From positions 18,780-82,779 of the forward strand of contig JAADVB010000061.1 in the NCBI GenBank assembly GCA_023334545.1: 64,000 nucleotides of DNA. The letters are read 5' to 3'. The notes beneath the pieces are model-generated. The model ran no database searches, was not told the DNA's origin, and saw only the letters and a program-made list of their open reading frames with translations. Position 1 is the stretch's first letter. Each line of letters begins with the position of its first letter. Below, piece after piece: positions 42,999 to 54,449 of this stretch. A program made the translations under genes and the position numbers. This DNA is from Salisapilia sapeloensis CBS 127946 (Eukaryota > Protista > Oomycota).

Positions 42999-43952
42999 AT
43001 GAACAGCGGCGCGCCGGCCATCCCTCGCGAGAGCCTTAATGAAGACGTCAGTCGTCTACAGACTGTATGGTCAAACGAAATGGTATTTTCGCTTCCATCT
43101 ATCATATACACACACCATAATTTTAAATCTATGCGTCTCTAGAGTGCGCCAGAGCTCCTGCCATACGACGATGACATTGTGTCCGAGATGCTAGAACAGC
43201 TCAGGAATCAAGTAATTCTACATTCATACATTACTATACAACCACCAATAATGAATTGCATGTACTAGCAAGAGTACGTCGATTCGGTGAACGAAGACAA
43301 GACTCAATTGACCGATGAGTTAGCTTTTATCAACAAACTCTACCAGGTATCCTCCATTCCTTGTATCTCTCTATATCCATCTAACAGCTCTAGTAGATGG
43401 AAATCGACCGCCTACGCTACATGGTCACATCCTACCTGCGTCTTCGACTACGCAAGGTACATACATCTATTCCATTTCATCATCCTCCACTCACCTATAG
43501 TAGATTGAAAACCATGCAACCTACCTCTTATCCTCTCCTGAACAGACACAACGTCTATCTCCCAAAGAACAAGATTTTGCTACACAGTACTTCTCCAACT
43601 TAAAAACATGTATACCCGATCTAAACCCTGCTACTAGATTCGTCAACCTCGTCACATCCCACGTGAACGACTTGGCTGTGGGCAAAATGGCACCGGAGCA
43701 TCAATCGTTAACTGCTGACGGCATGGGTACATTTTCCTATTCTTTACGTTTTACACACGAATTAACATGCACGTAGTCCAAGAGCCAAACATCGATCATT
43801 TCGTCTTTTGTCAAAGTCATCAGAATCTCGGAGATCTCGTGATTGACGATCGAGGCGCAGAGTCGATCGATTTCCAAGACAATGATCGACATGTCATTCG
43901 TTATCGTACGATCCAGAACTACGTTTTGAATCACCAAATGACACTTTTATAA
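42999..43952 (+). CDS. GINS4: GINS complex subunit SLD5
   Basis: WSNEMSAPELLPY, MEIDRLRYMVTSYLRLRLRK, EPNIDHFVFC, HVIRYRTI. Many short introns. Confidence 0.93.
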
Positions 43953-44016
43953 TCCGAAAGTATTCATTTCAATTGCACTTTTTGAATTAATTTATCGAAA
44001 ATGGAGCGAATACGAA

Positions 44017-44622
44017 TTACCATAATGGATTCGTTAAGGCAGAAGTCGCGGAAAAGACGACACCAAAGGATCCTGGCTGCATGCATAGAAGTAAGAAGAG
44101 ATAGTTACAGATATAGAGGGAAAGGAGGACGTACGATGAGTAGCAAGAGATGAGTGAATAGGAAGATGATTTGGAGACTCTGGTAGGACGTGATATGGAC
44201 TTCTGGATGTATGAATCGATGGTAAAAGTACATGGCTAATAAAACGTTCCGACCGAATTCAACTGTGCACACGACCAAGTACTAGGCAATACGTTAGCTG
44301 CAATAGATAAACTTGGCAATATAAGTCGTCCTACCACAATGGTCCATCCCATTCGTTCCGATCGCACGGCGAGTAAGCCGGTGATACCAGCAAAGATGGC
44401 AAAGGCGTTCGTGAGCCATAAAAAGTTAAAGCAGGAGAGAATGCCGACGAAGATTTGAGCCATCGCGAGGTACCACAGTCGCTCGGATCGACGAGCCGTG
44501 GCTTCCCACACGTGCTTTTGCTGTTCAAAGCCACCGTAGTGTTGTTTCAAGTAGGTTTGCGACCCCAAGGCAGACCTCGGTCGCCCGCCTTCTAACTCAG
44601 CCATTTGATACTTACGGTCCAT
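44017..44622 (-). CDS. Hypothetical four-TM membrane protein
   Basis: Assembled with two GT-AG introns: MDRKYQMAEL...LAMAQIFVGIL...GWTIV | YLVVCTVEF...THLLLLI | PGSFGVVFSATSALTNPLW*. Confidence 0.65.
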
Positions 44623-45499
44623 CTCGTGCCGGTGAAATGGTCGGGTGGACTCAGTGGTACGATGGAGAATATCTTTTGCGGCCAAGACGTCGCAGACAAG
44701 ACGCGTACGCAAGTGAAACAGTAGGAAAAAAACTGATGGGAATGGAAGAGGAAGGCTATGTTCTACCAGACAAACGAGGGAGATTTGTAAGCGGAAGCCG
44801 GAGGATGCGTAGTGAAAGGGAATTTGCAGCCACTGTTGACTGACTTCATGGAAGTATAAGGACGGATGCTACTGGTTGGTGATGAGCTAGGGTATTAGGC
44901 TGTGCTTCGAGACATGGAGATGTCACAAGGCGAAGGGATAGTTAGAGTTGAGCTTTTACGATGTAATGGAGATCGTAGCGTTAGTTTATAGATATGTTCT
45001 GCTTGGTTGTGGTGACTGGAAGATGGGTTGGATGGATTTGGGAGAGAATGTATTACGTATTGGTATCATGCATGTAGGAGTGGAATGATATTGTTGTAGT
45101 CTGACAAGTACGTACGTTGAATCTACAGTTTACGATCCTTCTGTACTCAGTTGAAGCTACCTGGATTCGGAATGTCTTCTACGTCCTGATATAGACGTAA
45201 TTGTCGATCAAGCAGACATTTCTGGCCATAATATCTTCTAATCTACTTGAACTCTACCAAACCGCCCTTAAGAGTACGACTACGCACGTCGATAGCTTGC
45301 ATGGAAACCAATTCCGTAGCCTATGTGGAAGTGTACTCAATGTCGAAAGTAACAGCCTACTAGTACTCGTTCACTGCTAGCTTGTAGAACTGTAGTCTAT
45401 TGATTCCATGACATGCATCCGATAGCTACTATAGAGATCGTAAAGTGCATACATACTGCTCACGTGCGGAAAGTGCCTTCCTAGACTAGAAACATAGTG

Positions 45500-46213
45500 A
45501 TGGCGAGGCAGTATTCACGGATACTTTGCTGGTTTCCTAGGACCTTGATCTGCACGACAATCGTATTCCTTTCGACTCATCAACTAGGATATACTAGTGA
45601 CAAGTTGTAATGATAGATCGGCTACGTCGTGCCGCTTTGCTTCCATCAGACAGACGTATGAATGCATCTTTATCCAAACTTACGTCGTACTGACATGCAT
45701 TTCATAGACTATCGAGTTGGATACCTCAGCTCGAGGCATGCTCGTCGCCATTCCTCCTACCATCACCTCTACGCTCCTACTCTACTACGCTCTCACGTTC
45801 CATCGAGACAAGTTTTACTTTTACAACCGTCTACTCGTCCAATCTTGTCTCCATTCCTCCATCGCTTTCGCTCTGTGGCTTTCATTCATCCAATCCACAG
45901 GACAGGTAGCCATCAGCCTATGCTGCTATCATCCCAATCTCTGGTTCATTACCCTTCCACTCGCAACTATTTCTATCTATTCACCTCTACCTGCAGCTTA
46001 GTAGACACAAAGGACTTGGTAAACATCATGCCATGTCCATTCCGAGGAACTTCCGATTACCACTTCTGGATTCGACTGCTCCACTGGCTATCTACCCTCC
46101 TCCTCCTATGCATGACTAGTGCCATGGAGTCCATGCTACTCCTACGTGAGCTCCAGACACGAGTACATCGAGCGCATAACGCCACTCTCCAACGCAGACG
46201 CAGACACACGTAG
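45500..46213 (+). CDS. Hypothetical multi-TM membrane protein (three inferred introns)
   Basis: In-frame assembly MARQYSRILCWFPRTLICTTI | IGYVVPLCFHQTD | TIELDTSARGML...HPNL | CLVDTKD...RRRRHT*, using introns of ~50-55 nt. Confidence 0.5.
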
Positions 46214-46253
46214 CTACTAAGAAAAAGAAAAGAGAATGGATTTACATGTTTTT

Positions 46254-46930
46254 CTAAGCTAATGCTGCCCATGGGTCTTCCAGGAAGGATGTCTTAAAGT
46301 AGACTTGACCTCTGCCTTTACTCTGGGAAACTGGAACGTACGTGCTTGTGACTGCCGGTGGCTCCGTTGTTTGCTCTTCTGCCGTCAGCAATGACCTCCA
46401 AGGGTCTTCCAGACATGTCGCTTGAAAGTACCCGCCACTGCCTTTGCTCTCGCCATGCACTCTACTTGTGCATTTATCAATTGGATTGTAGGACTAGATA
46501 TAAGCATGCAACACTACCTCTTCCTCTTATTATTACGCTGACCACCGCGTCGACCGCCTTGTTGCCTACCTCGTGGAGGACGCATCGATTGGGATTGGCC
46601 TCGAGGGCCATATCGATTCACTTGTGGTGGACGCATATGACGTGCCATTTGCGGCGGACGCATCTCCGGTGGAGGTCCATACCTCCCAACACTATGTCTA
46701 CCTCCTCTATTCCCACCTTGTCGTCCACGCTGCGGAGGTGGAGCCATTGGCCGAGGTGGCATTGGCTGCATCGGCAGTGGTGCATGACTCGGGTATGGCA
46801 CCGGATTAGAAGCCGCTGGTGGCATCCCGCCTAGTGGCGGTGGTGGTGGAGGTCTCCATGCTCCTCCAGCCTGCTGACGAGGTATATAATTCCCTCGTGG
46901 ACCTCTACCTCGTGCATTATGCCGATCCAT
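46254..46930 (-). CDS. MPLKIP/TTDN1-like Pro/Gly/Arg-rich protein
   Basis: Low-complexity N-terminus. After one intron come YFQATCLEDPW and YFKTSFLEDPWAAL, matching the MPLKIP C-terminal YFKPSMLEDPW motif. Confidence 0.65.
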
Positions 46931-47223
46931 CCTACTATGTGTCTTCTCATATACGAATTTACGTCTACTACCATCAATTGAGAAGATCACATTAATCCCA
47001 TCTCTATCCACAACAGTCTCATTTCGCAAATAGAAAAAAAGAGTGGAGGACGACGTATCCTCTTGGCTTTCGATCGTACGTGCATCTACTTCGTGACAAT
47101 CGATCTACCACCAGTGAGTGCACATACCTCCTGAACGCCATCTAAAGAATACAAAGAGACACCAACATTGTTATTTTGTCATTGCTTTCCGCAATTCCGC
47201 AAAAAAATTCTTGTAGTGCAACC

Positions 47224-49137
47224 ATGAACTCGACGTCCAGTACGAACGGACATGCGCAAGCAGCAGCGGGCAATGGGCCACCAGGAACGAATATACCAGT
47301 TCAGGCGGTTGGTGCAACTGCCATGCCACGCGGACCACCACCAAGTGCTGGTGGCATGTACCGAGGTCCGCCACCACCGCCACATTTGCTTAATGGAGCA
47401 CGACCACCGATGCCAATGGTACCGCCAGCGATGCCACTAGGCACAGGAAACGGGATGCAGGTACCACCGATGGAGCATGCTGCACCGAGTGCACGCGGCT
47501 CTGCGCCACCGATGCGACCTCCAGTGCGTCCGTCGCAGCCCGTGCAGCCACAAGCGGCTGGACCAGAGTTACCTGCTGGCTGGAGTGTCCATTATACGCC
47601 ACAGGGTCTTCCGTACTACCACAACGTGTCTACTGGCGTGACTACGTATGAGCATCCCGCTGCATCTGCACAGGAAGGCAAGTGGGTAGAGTACTTTGAC
47701 AATGCGAGTCAGAAACCGTACTATTATCACACAGGTACCAAAGTGACCGTGTGGGAGAAACCAGAGGACTATATTCCTAGTCAAGAACCAAAAGTGAAGA
47801 AGAAAAGCTCATCGAATAAATTACAAAAGGAACTCGAAGAAAAACGGAAAGAGTACAAGCAGTTGTCCCGAGAAGAACGTGTCAAGTTATTCAAGGAATT
47901 TTTAGAAGAAAAGGAACTTACGCCTCCGATGAAATGGCCGGATGTCCAGCGAGCTGTCAGTCGAGACGAGAAGTGGTCGAACGATCCGAGATGGGTCTGT
48001 ACGCTCAAGTCTGTTGGCGATCGAAAACAGATTTTCGCAGAGTTTAGTACCCAGATATCTAAAGCACGCACCGTGGAGCGTCGACGACAGATTAAGCGTC
48101 AGCGTGAAGAGTTCATCGAGCTCTTATCATCGTACGAATCGCTCTTAACGAGTGCAATGCAGACGCAGAATCGTAATGCGTTATGGCAGCACGTAAGTCG
48201 AGATAACGAATGGGCACACGTACGTCAGGACAGTCGCTGGAAAGCTTTGGAGGAACAACAAGATGATAAAGAAAGCCTCTTTGAAACGTTTGTGGCTGAT
48301 GTCGAAAAGAAGCAAAAGGCTGCTCGAGCACACAAGCATGCGCAGCTCCAAGAATCATTTCAACAGTCGTTACGTCAAAAGTGTCATGACGGAGAAATCC
48401 ATGTCGTATCACGTTTGGATACAGATACCAAGCGTCAGGTCATGCATCTCGCACAGACACTAGTCGACGAAGCTGATGATGACCTCAAGTACATTCGCAT
48501 CGATAAAGGAGACATTTACGATTGGACGGAAAGTATCATGAAAGAACTTCTTGCGACGCAAGAAAAGAAAAAGGATGAAGAGCGTGCATTAGAAGAAGAA
48601 GCAGTGGATACTTTGAAAAGCAAAGTCCACGACTTAGTTGACGCCTTTGCCCTTCCGCTGACGTGTCGTGTGGAACAATTCCAGTCGCTTGCGCCGGACC
48701 CATCTGGTCGGGTGAAAGAAAAGACACGAAAACGCATACTAGAACGCGCACTAAAAGCTGTCAAACGGTCTTTATCTGGTCCTACCAATGCCATTGAAAG
48801 ACTGCTACAAAGTATACCGACAGAAATCAACTTAGAAACGTTCAAGCATGAGGTGAAGAAAGCAGCCGAGGCGCATGCTTCCGAAGATAAATATGAGCAA
48901 CAGATCGCGCAAAATAGCGAGTTGCCGCTATTTGTCGACCGTGTGTATGAAAATGAAGTGACGTGTCGATCGAGTCGGAAGCGACGACGATCGCACTCGA
49001 CTTCACGCAAGTCACGTAAAGTGTCGAAGGAAGAGGAGGAGAGTGCCAGGGCGGAAGAGATTATTCGACAGGCACAAGTGGAGCGGAAAGATCGACAGAT
49101 GGAAGAAGAGATGGAAGAAGGTGAAATAACGGAATGA
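47224..49137 (+). CDS. PRPF40: PRP40-like splicing factor (two WW domains + FF domains)
   Basis: LPAGWSVHYTPQGLPYYHN...TTYEHP; KWVEY...KPYYYH..TK.TVWEKP; FF motifs FKEFLEEK..W..V...DPRW..LK..RKQIFAEF; RS-rich tail. Confidence 0.85.
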   Translation: MNSTSSTNGHAQAAAGNGPPGTNIPVQAVGATAMPRGPPPSAGGMYRGPPPPPHLLNGARPPMPMVPPAMPLGTGNGMQVPPMEHAAPSARGSAPPMRPPVRPSQPVQPQAAGPELPAGWSVHYTPQGLPYYHNVSTGVTTYEHPAASAQEGKWVEYFDNASQKPYYYHTGTKVTVWEKPEDYIPSQEPKVKKKSSSNKLQKELEEKRKEYKQLSREERVKLFKEFLEEKELTPPMKWPDVQRAVSRDEKWSNDPRWVCTLKSVGDRKQIFAEFSTQISKARTVERRRQIKRQREEFIELLSSYESLLTSAMQTQNRNALWQHVSRDNEWAHVRQDSRWKALEEQQDDKESLFETFVADVEKKQKAARAHKHAQLQESFQQSLRQKCHDGEIHVVSRLDTDTKRQVMHLAQTLVDEADDDLKYIRIDKGDIYDWTESIMKELLATQEKKKDEERALEEEAVDTLKSKVHDLVDAFALPLTCRVEQFQSLAPDPSGRVKEKTRKRILERALKAVKRSLSGPTNAIERLLQSIPTEINLETFKHEVKKAAEAHASEDKYEQQIAQNSELPLFVDRVYENEVTCRSSRKRRRSHSTSRKSRKVSKEEEESARAEEIIRQAQVERKDRQMEEEMEEGEITE

Positions 49138-49294
49138 CTTTCTTTTCTTTGTATCGATCTGTTTTTCTTCTTTTTCTGATTCCACGCCACCAGAAGCCAG
49201 TCGTGTTTCGTTTGACAAAGACGAGGGACATCATCGGCTGCCGCAATGACGTGCGTGCTTCCTACCTGCATTTGAAGATTTGAGACGTTGGGCC

Positions 49295-49588
49295 ATGAGC
49301 GTACAAGCAGCACACTGTCAAGTTCCGACGCAAACGTGTATGGCAAAACCACCGACGCATGGGAGCGTGCCGACGTGTGCGCAGATTTTACTCAAGATGT
49401 GGCAACGAGAATTGCATCGACGAGATGTCGGCATCTTGTCCGACTTTTTCGACGACCTCGACGGCTCCGAAGAACAAGCGCTGCATCTACTGGAGAAGAT
49501 GCACTCACTCGGGTTCTCCATCTCGCCCGAGACGTTCTTTACGCTAAAACGCTGCGCCATTTATGACGTTTTACATGCAGCGCTGTAA
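49295..49588 (+). CDS. Small hypothetical protein (97 aa)
   Basis: Protein-like ORF filling the gap between PRP40 and LYRM1 (ILLKMWQRELHRRD...EKMHSLGF). No family recognised. Confidence 0.35.
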   Translation: MSVQAAHCQVPTQTCMAKPPTHGSVPTCAQILLKMWQRELHRRDVGILSDFFDDLDGSEEQALHLLEKMHSLGFSISPETFFTLKRCAIYDVLHAAL

Positions 49589-49669
49589 AAGCCACGAACG
49601 GGCATTGAGTATAATGAGAGTTGTAAAGGAAATGTATGAGAAATATTTGGATATCACGACATTTTGTTG

Positions 49670-50204
49670 CTATTTCGGTCGGAATTGCTTCGACAAGTTG
49701 CTTCGACGCTTCTTATTCGTGTCTGTCCGACCACGACTGGACTTGCGATGTAAGTTCTTTTCGCCACCGACAGTGCCCGGATCGACGTTATGCGGTCGAG
49801 GGTACGGAATCTTGTAGTGCAAAGCAATGTCAATGTCGTCGTGCCCTGCTTTAATAGCGCTTTCGATGTCATCCGGATGCTTTAAGTCACGATTCTCTTC
49901 TAGTCGGCGTCTGTCTTTACAGTTGAGTGCATTGCAGTAGATCTAGAATGCAAAGCATTTACCGAGATTCTGTGAAGATAAAGTTGCGCTCTTTGTCATT
50001 GCCATCCCCTAGTACAAAGCATAAAAATGAGCATTCCGATGGTTCTTCTACTACGTGTTCAAGCTACTACATGCATATTCTAGCAACCAATCTAGATCTA
50101 CTTTATCCAGCACTTCCTAGCAATTCAAAAATGCACATACACTGTCGTCCGACGCGCAAAACCCGTCGATACAGCGCGAATACTCGACTCCTCGTCGCAC
50201 TCAT
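49670..50204 (-). CDS. LYRM1: LYR-motif protein 1 (missed by the ORF track)
   Basis: MSATRSRVFALYRRVLRVGRQW (intron 50009-50140) DGNDKERNFIFTESR (intron 49911-49962) RRLEENRDL...DIALHYKIPYPRP, the LYRM1 signature. Confidence 0.88.
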
Positions 50205-50363
50205 TGACAGGTACTCGATGCTCTCTTTTATAGCGGACCGGCTCAATTAAATATCTACACTTTGTGTCCGTTTTGAAAACTTTCAGATGTATCAACTTCA
50301 ACATAAAGCTCTGGATCTATTTCCAGCTCGTAGCTCCATTCTTATCATTCATCTACTATCTCC

Positions 50364-50966
50364 ATGGTTGGTTTTAATAATATCCCGGCACGCACGCGCG
50401 AGCAACGACTTGCGTTGCAAAATAAAGAGCAACGTGAAAAAGCGAGGCTACGGGAACGTCAGGAAGGGTTTGTTCGAGTGGACACTGATGCTACTGGTAG
50501 CGCCATGCTAGTCTATGCGCCTGAGAGTCAAGGTTATATGAGTAACGCCGATAGATTCCATACAGACACTGCTGGAGAGCAACGTGCAATCCAAGAAGAA
50601 CGTGCAAGTCGATATAAAATGCAAATGGAACGCAAGCGTTTGAATAATGTCTATCGAGAAGTCGAGCGTTGGAAGTCTATGGACGCTGCAGATGCTGCGG
50701 AAGTCGAACGTGTTAAGAAACTACAGCAGAGTGGAACGAAAGCTCTGCGGAACAAGAGTGGTGTCGCGTACAACCCAATTACGCTCAAGTACAATGACGG
50801 CAAAGACGGACAGCGACAGCGAGCGAGTGACAAAGCTGTTGCGTCGAGAGCTCTTACACGAGCTCAGGCTCTACAATACCAAAACTCTAGGAATGGGACC
50901 AATCCCATCACTGGTGAACGACTTCATCCGATCGGAACCGAGCACATCCTTCCACCATCTAGATAA
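50364..50966 (+). CDS. Conserved-looking hypothetical coiled-coil protein
   Basis: 200-aa ORF with a coiled coil and two NPIT motifs (YNPITLKY, TNPITGE). Confidence 0.75.
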   Translation: MVGFNNIPARTREQRLALQNKEQREKARLRERQEGFVRVDTDATGSAMLVYAPESQGYMSNADRFHTDTAGEQRAIQEERASRYKMQMERKRLNNVYREVERWKSMDAADAAEVERVKKLQQSGTKALRNKSGVAYNPITLKYNDGKDGQRQRASDKAVASRALTRAQALQYQNSRNGTNPITGERLHPIGTEHILPPSR

Positions 50967-51486
50967 ATAGCAAGACATAAAATGTATATGCACGTTTCAA
51001 GTCTTTGTCTTATGTACATCTTCAGTTTCTACATCTAACCGACACGTCTACCTTTCCTATTCGTCATTCCAGTACAGCATTTTATGTCTAATTCTGTATT
51101 CTAACCATATGAGCTGAATATGTCGTCTTAAAAAAGCTAGTTATCGTATACCGAGTGCATTAAAGCTGTATGACCAGCATGCGATTTCCTTTGAATCCTA
51201 CATCAAATGCAAGCTAAGACATTCCTCTCCATGCATTACTCTATTTCCATCAGACTAGTCCATCTAACTATCAACGGACCAGAGTATAAAACGTAAAATT
51301 GATACCGAAGTTACTGGTGACACTAAATAGTCATCTTGAAGCTCATCCAACATACTCCTAGGTAGTCTCCAATACATTTATCTATGACATAAAGTATAAA
51401 TAAAAATAACTAGTAATTTGTATACTGGATCGAAAACGAAACCAACATCGGCAAACGAGCGAAAAACCGAAATTGCGAGTGAAGAG

Positions 51487-52253
51487 ATGGCCGACGAGAC
51501 ACCTACGGAGAGTGCGTACATGAATTCTACGCTGCATCCACTACTTGTAAAATGATGCTGACGGCCTCTATTTTACTACCAACATAGCTCCAGTTGCTGC
51601 AGAAGCTGCGGCACCTGAGGTAGAGCCGATGGAGCCTACACCTGCTGCTGAAGAGGCGGCGCCTGCTGCGGAGGCCACGGAAGCGGAGGTACAAGATACT
51701 CCGGCTGAAGATCCTCAAGCAGACGTCAAGGCAGAAGAGCCATCTGCAGCTGTAGAGATTCCTGCAGCCGAAGAAACACCAGTACGTCGTTGTATCCAAT
51801 ACACTCGTTTATATTCTTAAGAGAAGCACTAGGCTGTGGATGAAGTCAAAGCTGAAGAGAAACCTGCCGAGTCGGAACTTGCTGAACCGATTCCAGCAGA
51901 GAAACCTGTTGAACCAGAGGTCTCCGAACCAACTCCAGTTGATAATCCTGCCGAAGAAGAGAAGCCAACGGCCTCGGAAGAGGTACATCCTCTTCCTCTC
52001 ACCAGCTATTTCCATCTCTTACACCTACATATACTAGAAACCAGCGGACTCTACAGCCGCATCGTCTGCAAAAGCGGATGCAAGTGCGCTTCCGATCCGA
52101 GCCTACTTGGATCAGACGGTCGTGCCGATCTTGCTCCAAGGCATGTCGGCCCTGGTCCGCGAGCGTCCGGAGAACCCAGTCGAATGGCTTGCCGACTACC
52201 TTGTCAAACACAACCCCCAAGGTCCTTCGAACGGCGAGACGGAGGCCAAGTAA
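51487..52253 (+). CDS. DPY30: Dpy-30 motif protein with acidic Glu/Pro/Ala-rich N-terminus
   Basis: [41 protein letters not shown]. Three introns. Confidence 0.85.
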
Positions 52254-52317
52254 GAGGGACTGGAATCAGATTCGTAGATGCTAAAGAAAAGAAACAGTTC
52301 TTTATTTTCTTTCGATC

Positions 52318-52975
52318 CTAGCCTCGACCAGGGGGACCGTACGGTCCTCGGCCTCGGCCGCCACGTTGACCTCGACCACCACGGCCGCGACCACCGTCTC
52401 TACCACCTCGGTTGCCCATACCACCACGACCTCCGCGGCCTCGACCACGATTCGCATGACGTTCTATCGTGTCGTTAGTGTGTGCACATTTGTAATTAAG
52501 GTTGTGTAGATGTACCTCGCTTGGAGAAATCTTCTTCCTGGACTATATCTAGGATATCATTCGGCACTCGGACGTACTTGATCGTGTTGCCTCGAATGTA
52601 ACACTCTGGCATCTTCCAAAACCGATCTCCATCCTATTTTGCGCACTAATTATATCTTTGCTTGGAATCGAAAATGTATGGAGAACGTACTTTGGAGGTG
52701 CAAATGACTTCACGGAGGTTGACATTCATCCAGGTATCACAGCTGACGAGATGGCCGTTGTATGTGTCTCCATTCTTGAGCTCTACGAGCTACAAGGAAG
52801 TATTAAAACTAGATAAGCTGTGTGTACATTAGCAAAAGGTACCATTGGATGGCCTTGGGCCGACTTGAGCAGCGAAAGTGGGAGCTATATCATGCCATAA
52901 ACCAAGTTGAGTCTTTCTAGTTGTACAAGATCGTGGTATGAAGCACAGAAGACAGGTATAGATGGATCATACCAT
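52318..52975 (-). CDS. LSM4: U6 snRNA-associated Sm-like protein LSm4
   Basis: ATG-only first exon, then [14 protein letters not shown] | [31 protein letters not shown]...RGNTIKYVR, and an RGG tail. Confidence 0.95.
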
Positions 52976-53295
52976 GATATCGGCGCCCTGTGTATGAATT
53001 TTACTTGATGGCGAGTTTAGTTGTTCATCCGATTATAGCGTGGTCCACATGTCTTTCGGATTGTTCCCATAAGTTAATGTCCATGTCATCCGAAAATGAA
53101 GTGGTACATGAGTGGCTGCTAATTTCTAAAGCAATCAGGAAAGCGATTTGAGGTACGTGTAGCTCTGTATAGAAAGACTCCCTTGGATGTACATGTATAC
53201 TTATGTAGTCTCGATCCTAAGAATCTCTTCCGTCCATCTTGGGGAATACATACGTCCAAAACTTAAGTACTTAAACGCATTGTGCGTATAGAAAA

Positions 53296-53661
53296 ATGTC
53301 GGAAGAAGAGCAGAATCCGAATTTGAATGGCAGCAATGCCGGTGAAGAAGAAGACAAGAAGAAGACGGAGCCCATTACAATTCGTGTCAAGGACCAGGTA
53401 CATCCATTTTTTTCTCCATTCAAATAAAGAATTCTAATAATTTCAATCTAGTCGGGCGAAGAAACTTTCTTCAAAGTGAAGCCAAACACCAAGATGGACA
53501 AGATCTTTAGTGCCTATGCACAGAGGAAAGGTGTGCCAGCGAACGCCTTACGCTTCTTGCTAGACGGAACACGCATCAGTGGTGACCAGACGCCCAAGAT
53601 GCTTGAACTCGAGGACCAGGACCAGATCGATTGCGCTCTGGAACAAGTCGGTGGATTCTAA
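53296..53661 (+). CDS. SUMO: Small ubiquitin-like modifier
   Basis: ITIRVKDQ | SGEETFFKVKPNTKMDKIF.AY...LRFLLDG.RI...QTP..LELED.DQID...QVGGF (di-Gly with a one-residue propeptide). Confidence 0.97.
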
Positions 53662-53760
53662 CTTTTCCCGTGTTTGATTTTATTTGCACGAGCTGGCCGC
53701 CTCACGGAAACGAAATACAGATTGGTTCGCGACGATCTTTTCTTTTTTCTTTTCTTTACT

Positions 53761-54336
53761 TTACTGCGTTCGAGTCCGTAGCCACGGCGGTGGATTCATC
53801 GGGATCGTCACGAGGTCCGTGTCAAAGAGCTCAATAAATTGTTCATTCTGCAATCGGACTTTACTACCAGCGAATCGTCGATACTCTTCAAAGATCGAAG
53901 ATAAATGCCATTGCTGGATCTTGCGTAAGCAGCCAACGACGGCGCCTATCAACATGTTATTCATATAGAAAAATCCGATACAAACACGAAGGTACATACC
54001 CGTCCGGTCACGTCCGAGGTGGCAAGTGATGTAAAGAGGGTAATTCGATCGATCGAGGATGACGTCGAGCGCGGCGAGGACAGTCTCTTCCGACAGCGGC
54101 TCCCACGCCTTACGTCTAGATTCCATGCGTGTATTGCCTCCTAGAAATAGCAGTCGAATGTCCTGTTCCTCAGCAAAACTCTTGAGCTGCGGATTCGGCT
54201 CTTCGAGTGCCAAGTAGATGATCGTACGGAGATTCAGTCGCTCTAAGAACGGGAAGCTAAGCTCATTCGGCTGACCAGACCGGTACAAGTCTTCTTCGAC
54301 CATGCCATAGTTTACTGGTGGAATGTAGTACGACAT
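53761..54336 (-). CDS. Plant/fungal atypical dual-specificity phosphatase (OCA/SIW14 family)
   Basis: PPVNYGMVEEDLYRSGQP, FPFLERLNLRTII, CX5R loop CHLGRDRTG, VGCLRK.Q.W.LSSIFEEYRRF. One intron. Confidence 0.92.
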   Translation of the reverse strand: MSYYIPPVNYGMVEEDLYRSGQPNELSFPFLERLNLRTIIYLALEEPNPQLKSFAEEQDIRLLFLGGNTRMESRRKAWEPLSEETVLAALDVILDRSNYPLYITCHLGRDRTGMYLRVCIGFFYMNNMLIGAVVGCLRKIQQWHLSSIFEEYRRFAGSKVRLQNEQFIELFDTDLVTIPMNPPPWLRTRTQ

Positions 54337-54449
54337 CGCACCTCGTTCCTAGCTGCTAAAAATGGTGGCGAGATGCTGATTCAAATGGTACAATAAAGGC
54401 ACAAGTAAAAAAGAATGTATCTTTATGAACGCGATTCTTTCAAAATAGT

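Noticed and set aside
48516-49352. 278-aa minus-strand ORF
   Set aside because: It is antisense to the charged C-terminal half of PRP40 and has a Ser/Phe-rich shadow composition.
52321-52478. GGCCGAGG/CGACCACG repeats
   Set aside because: They encode the ordinary RGG tail of LSM4.
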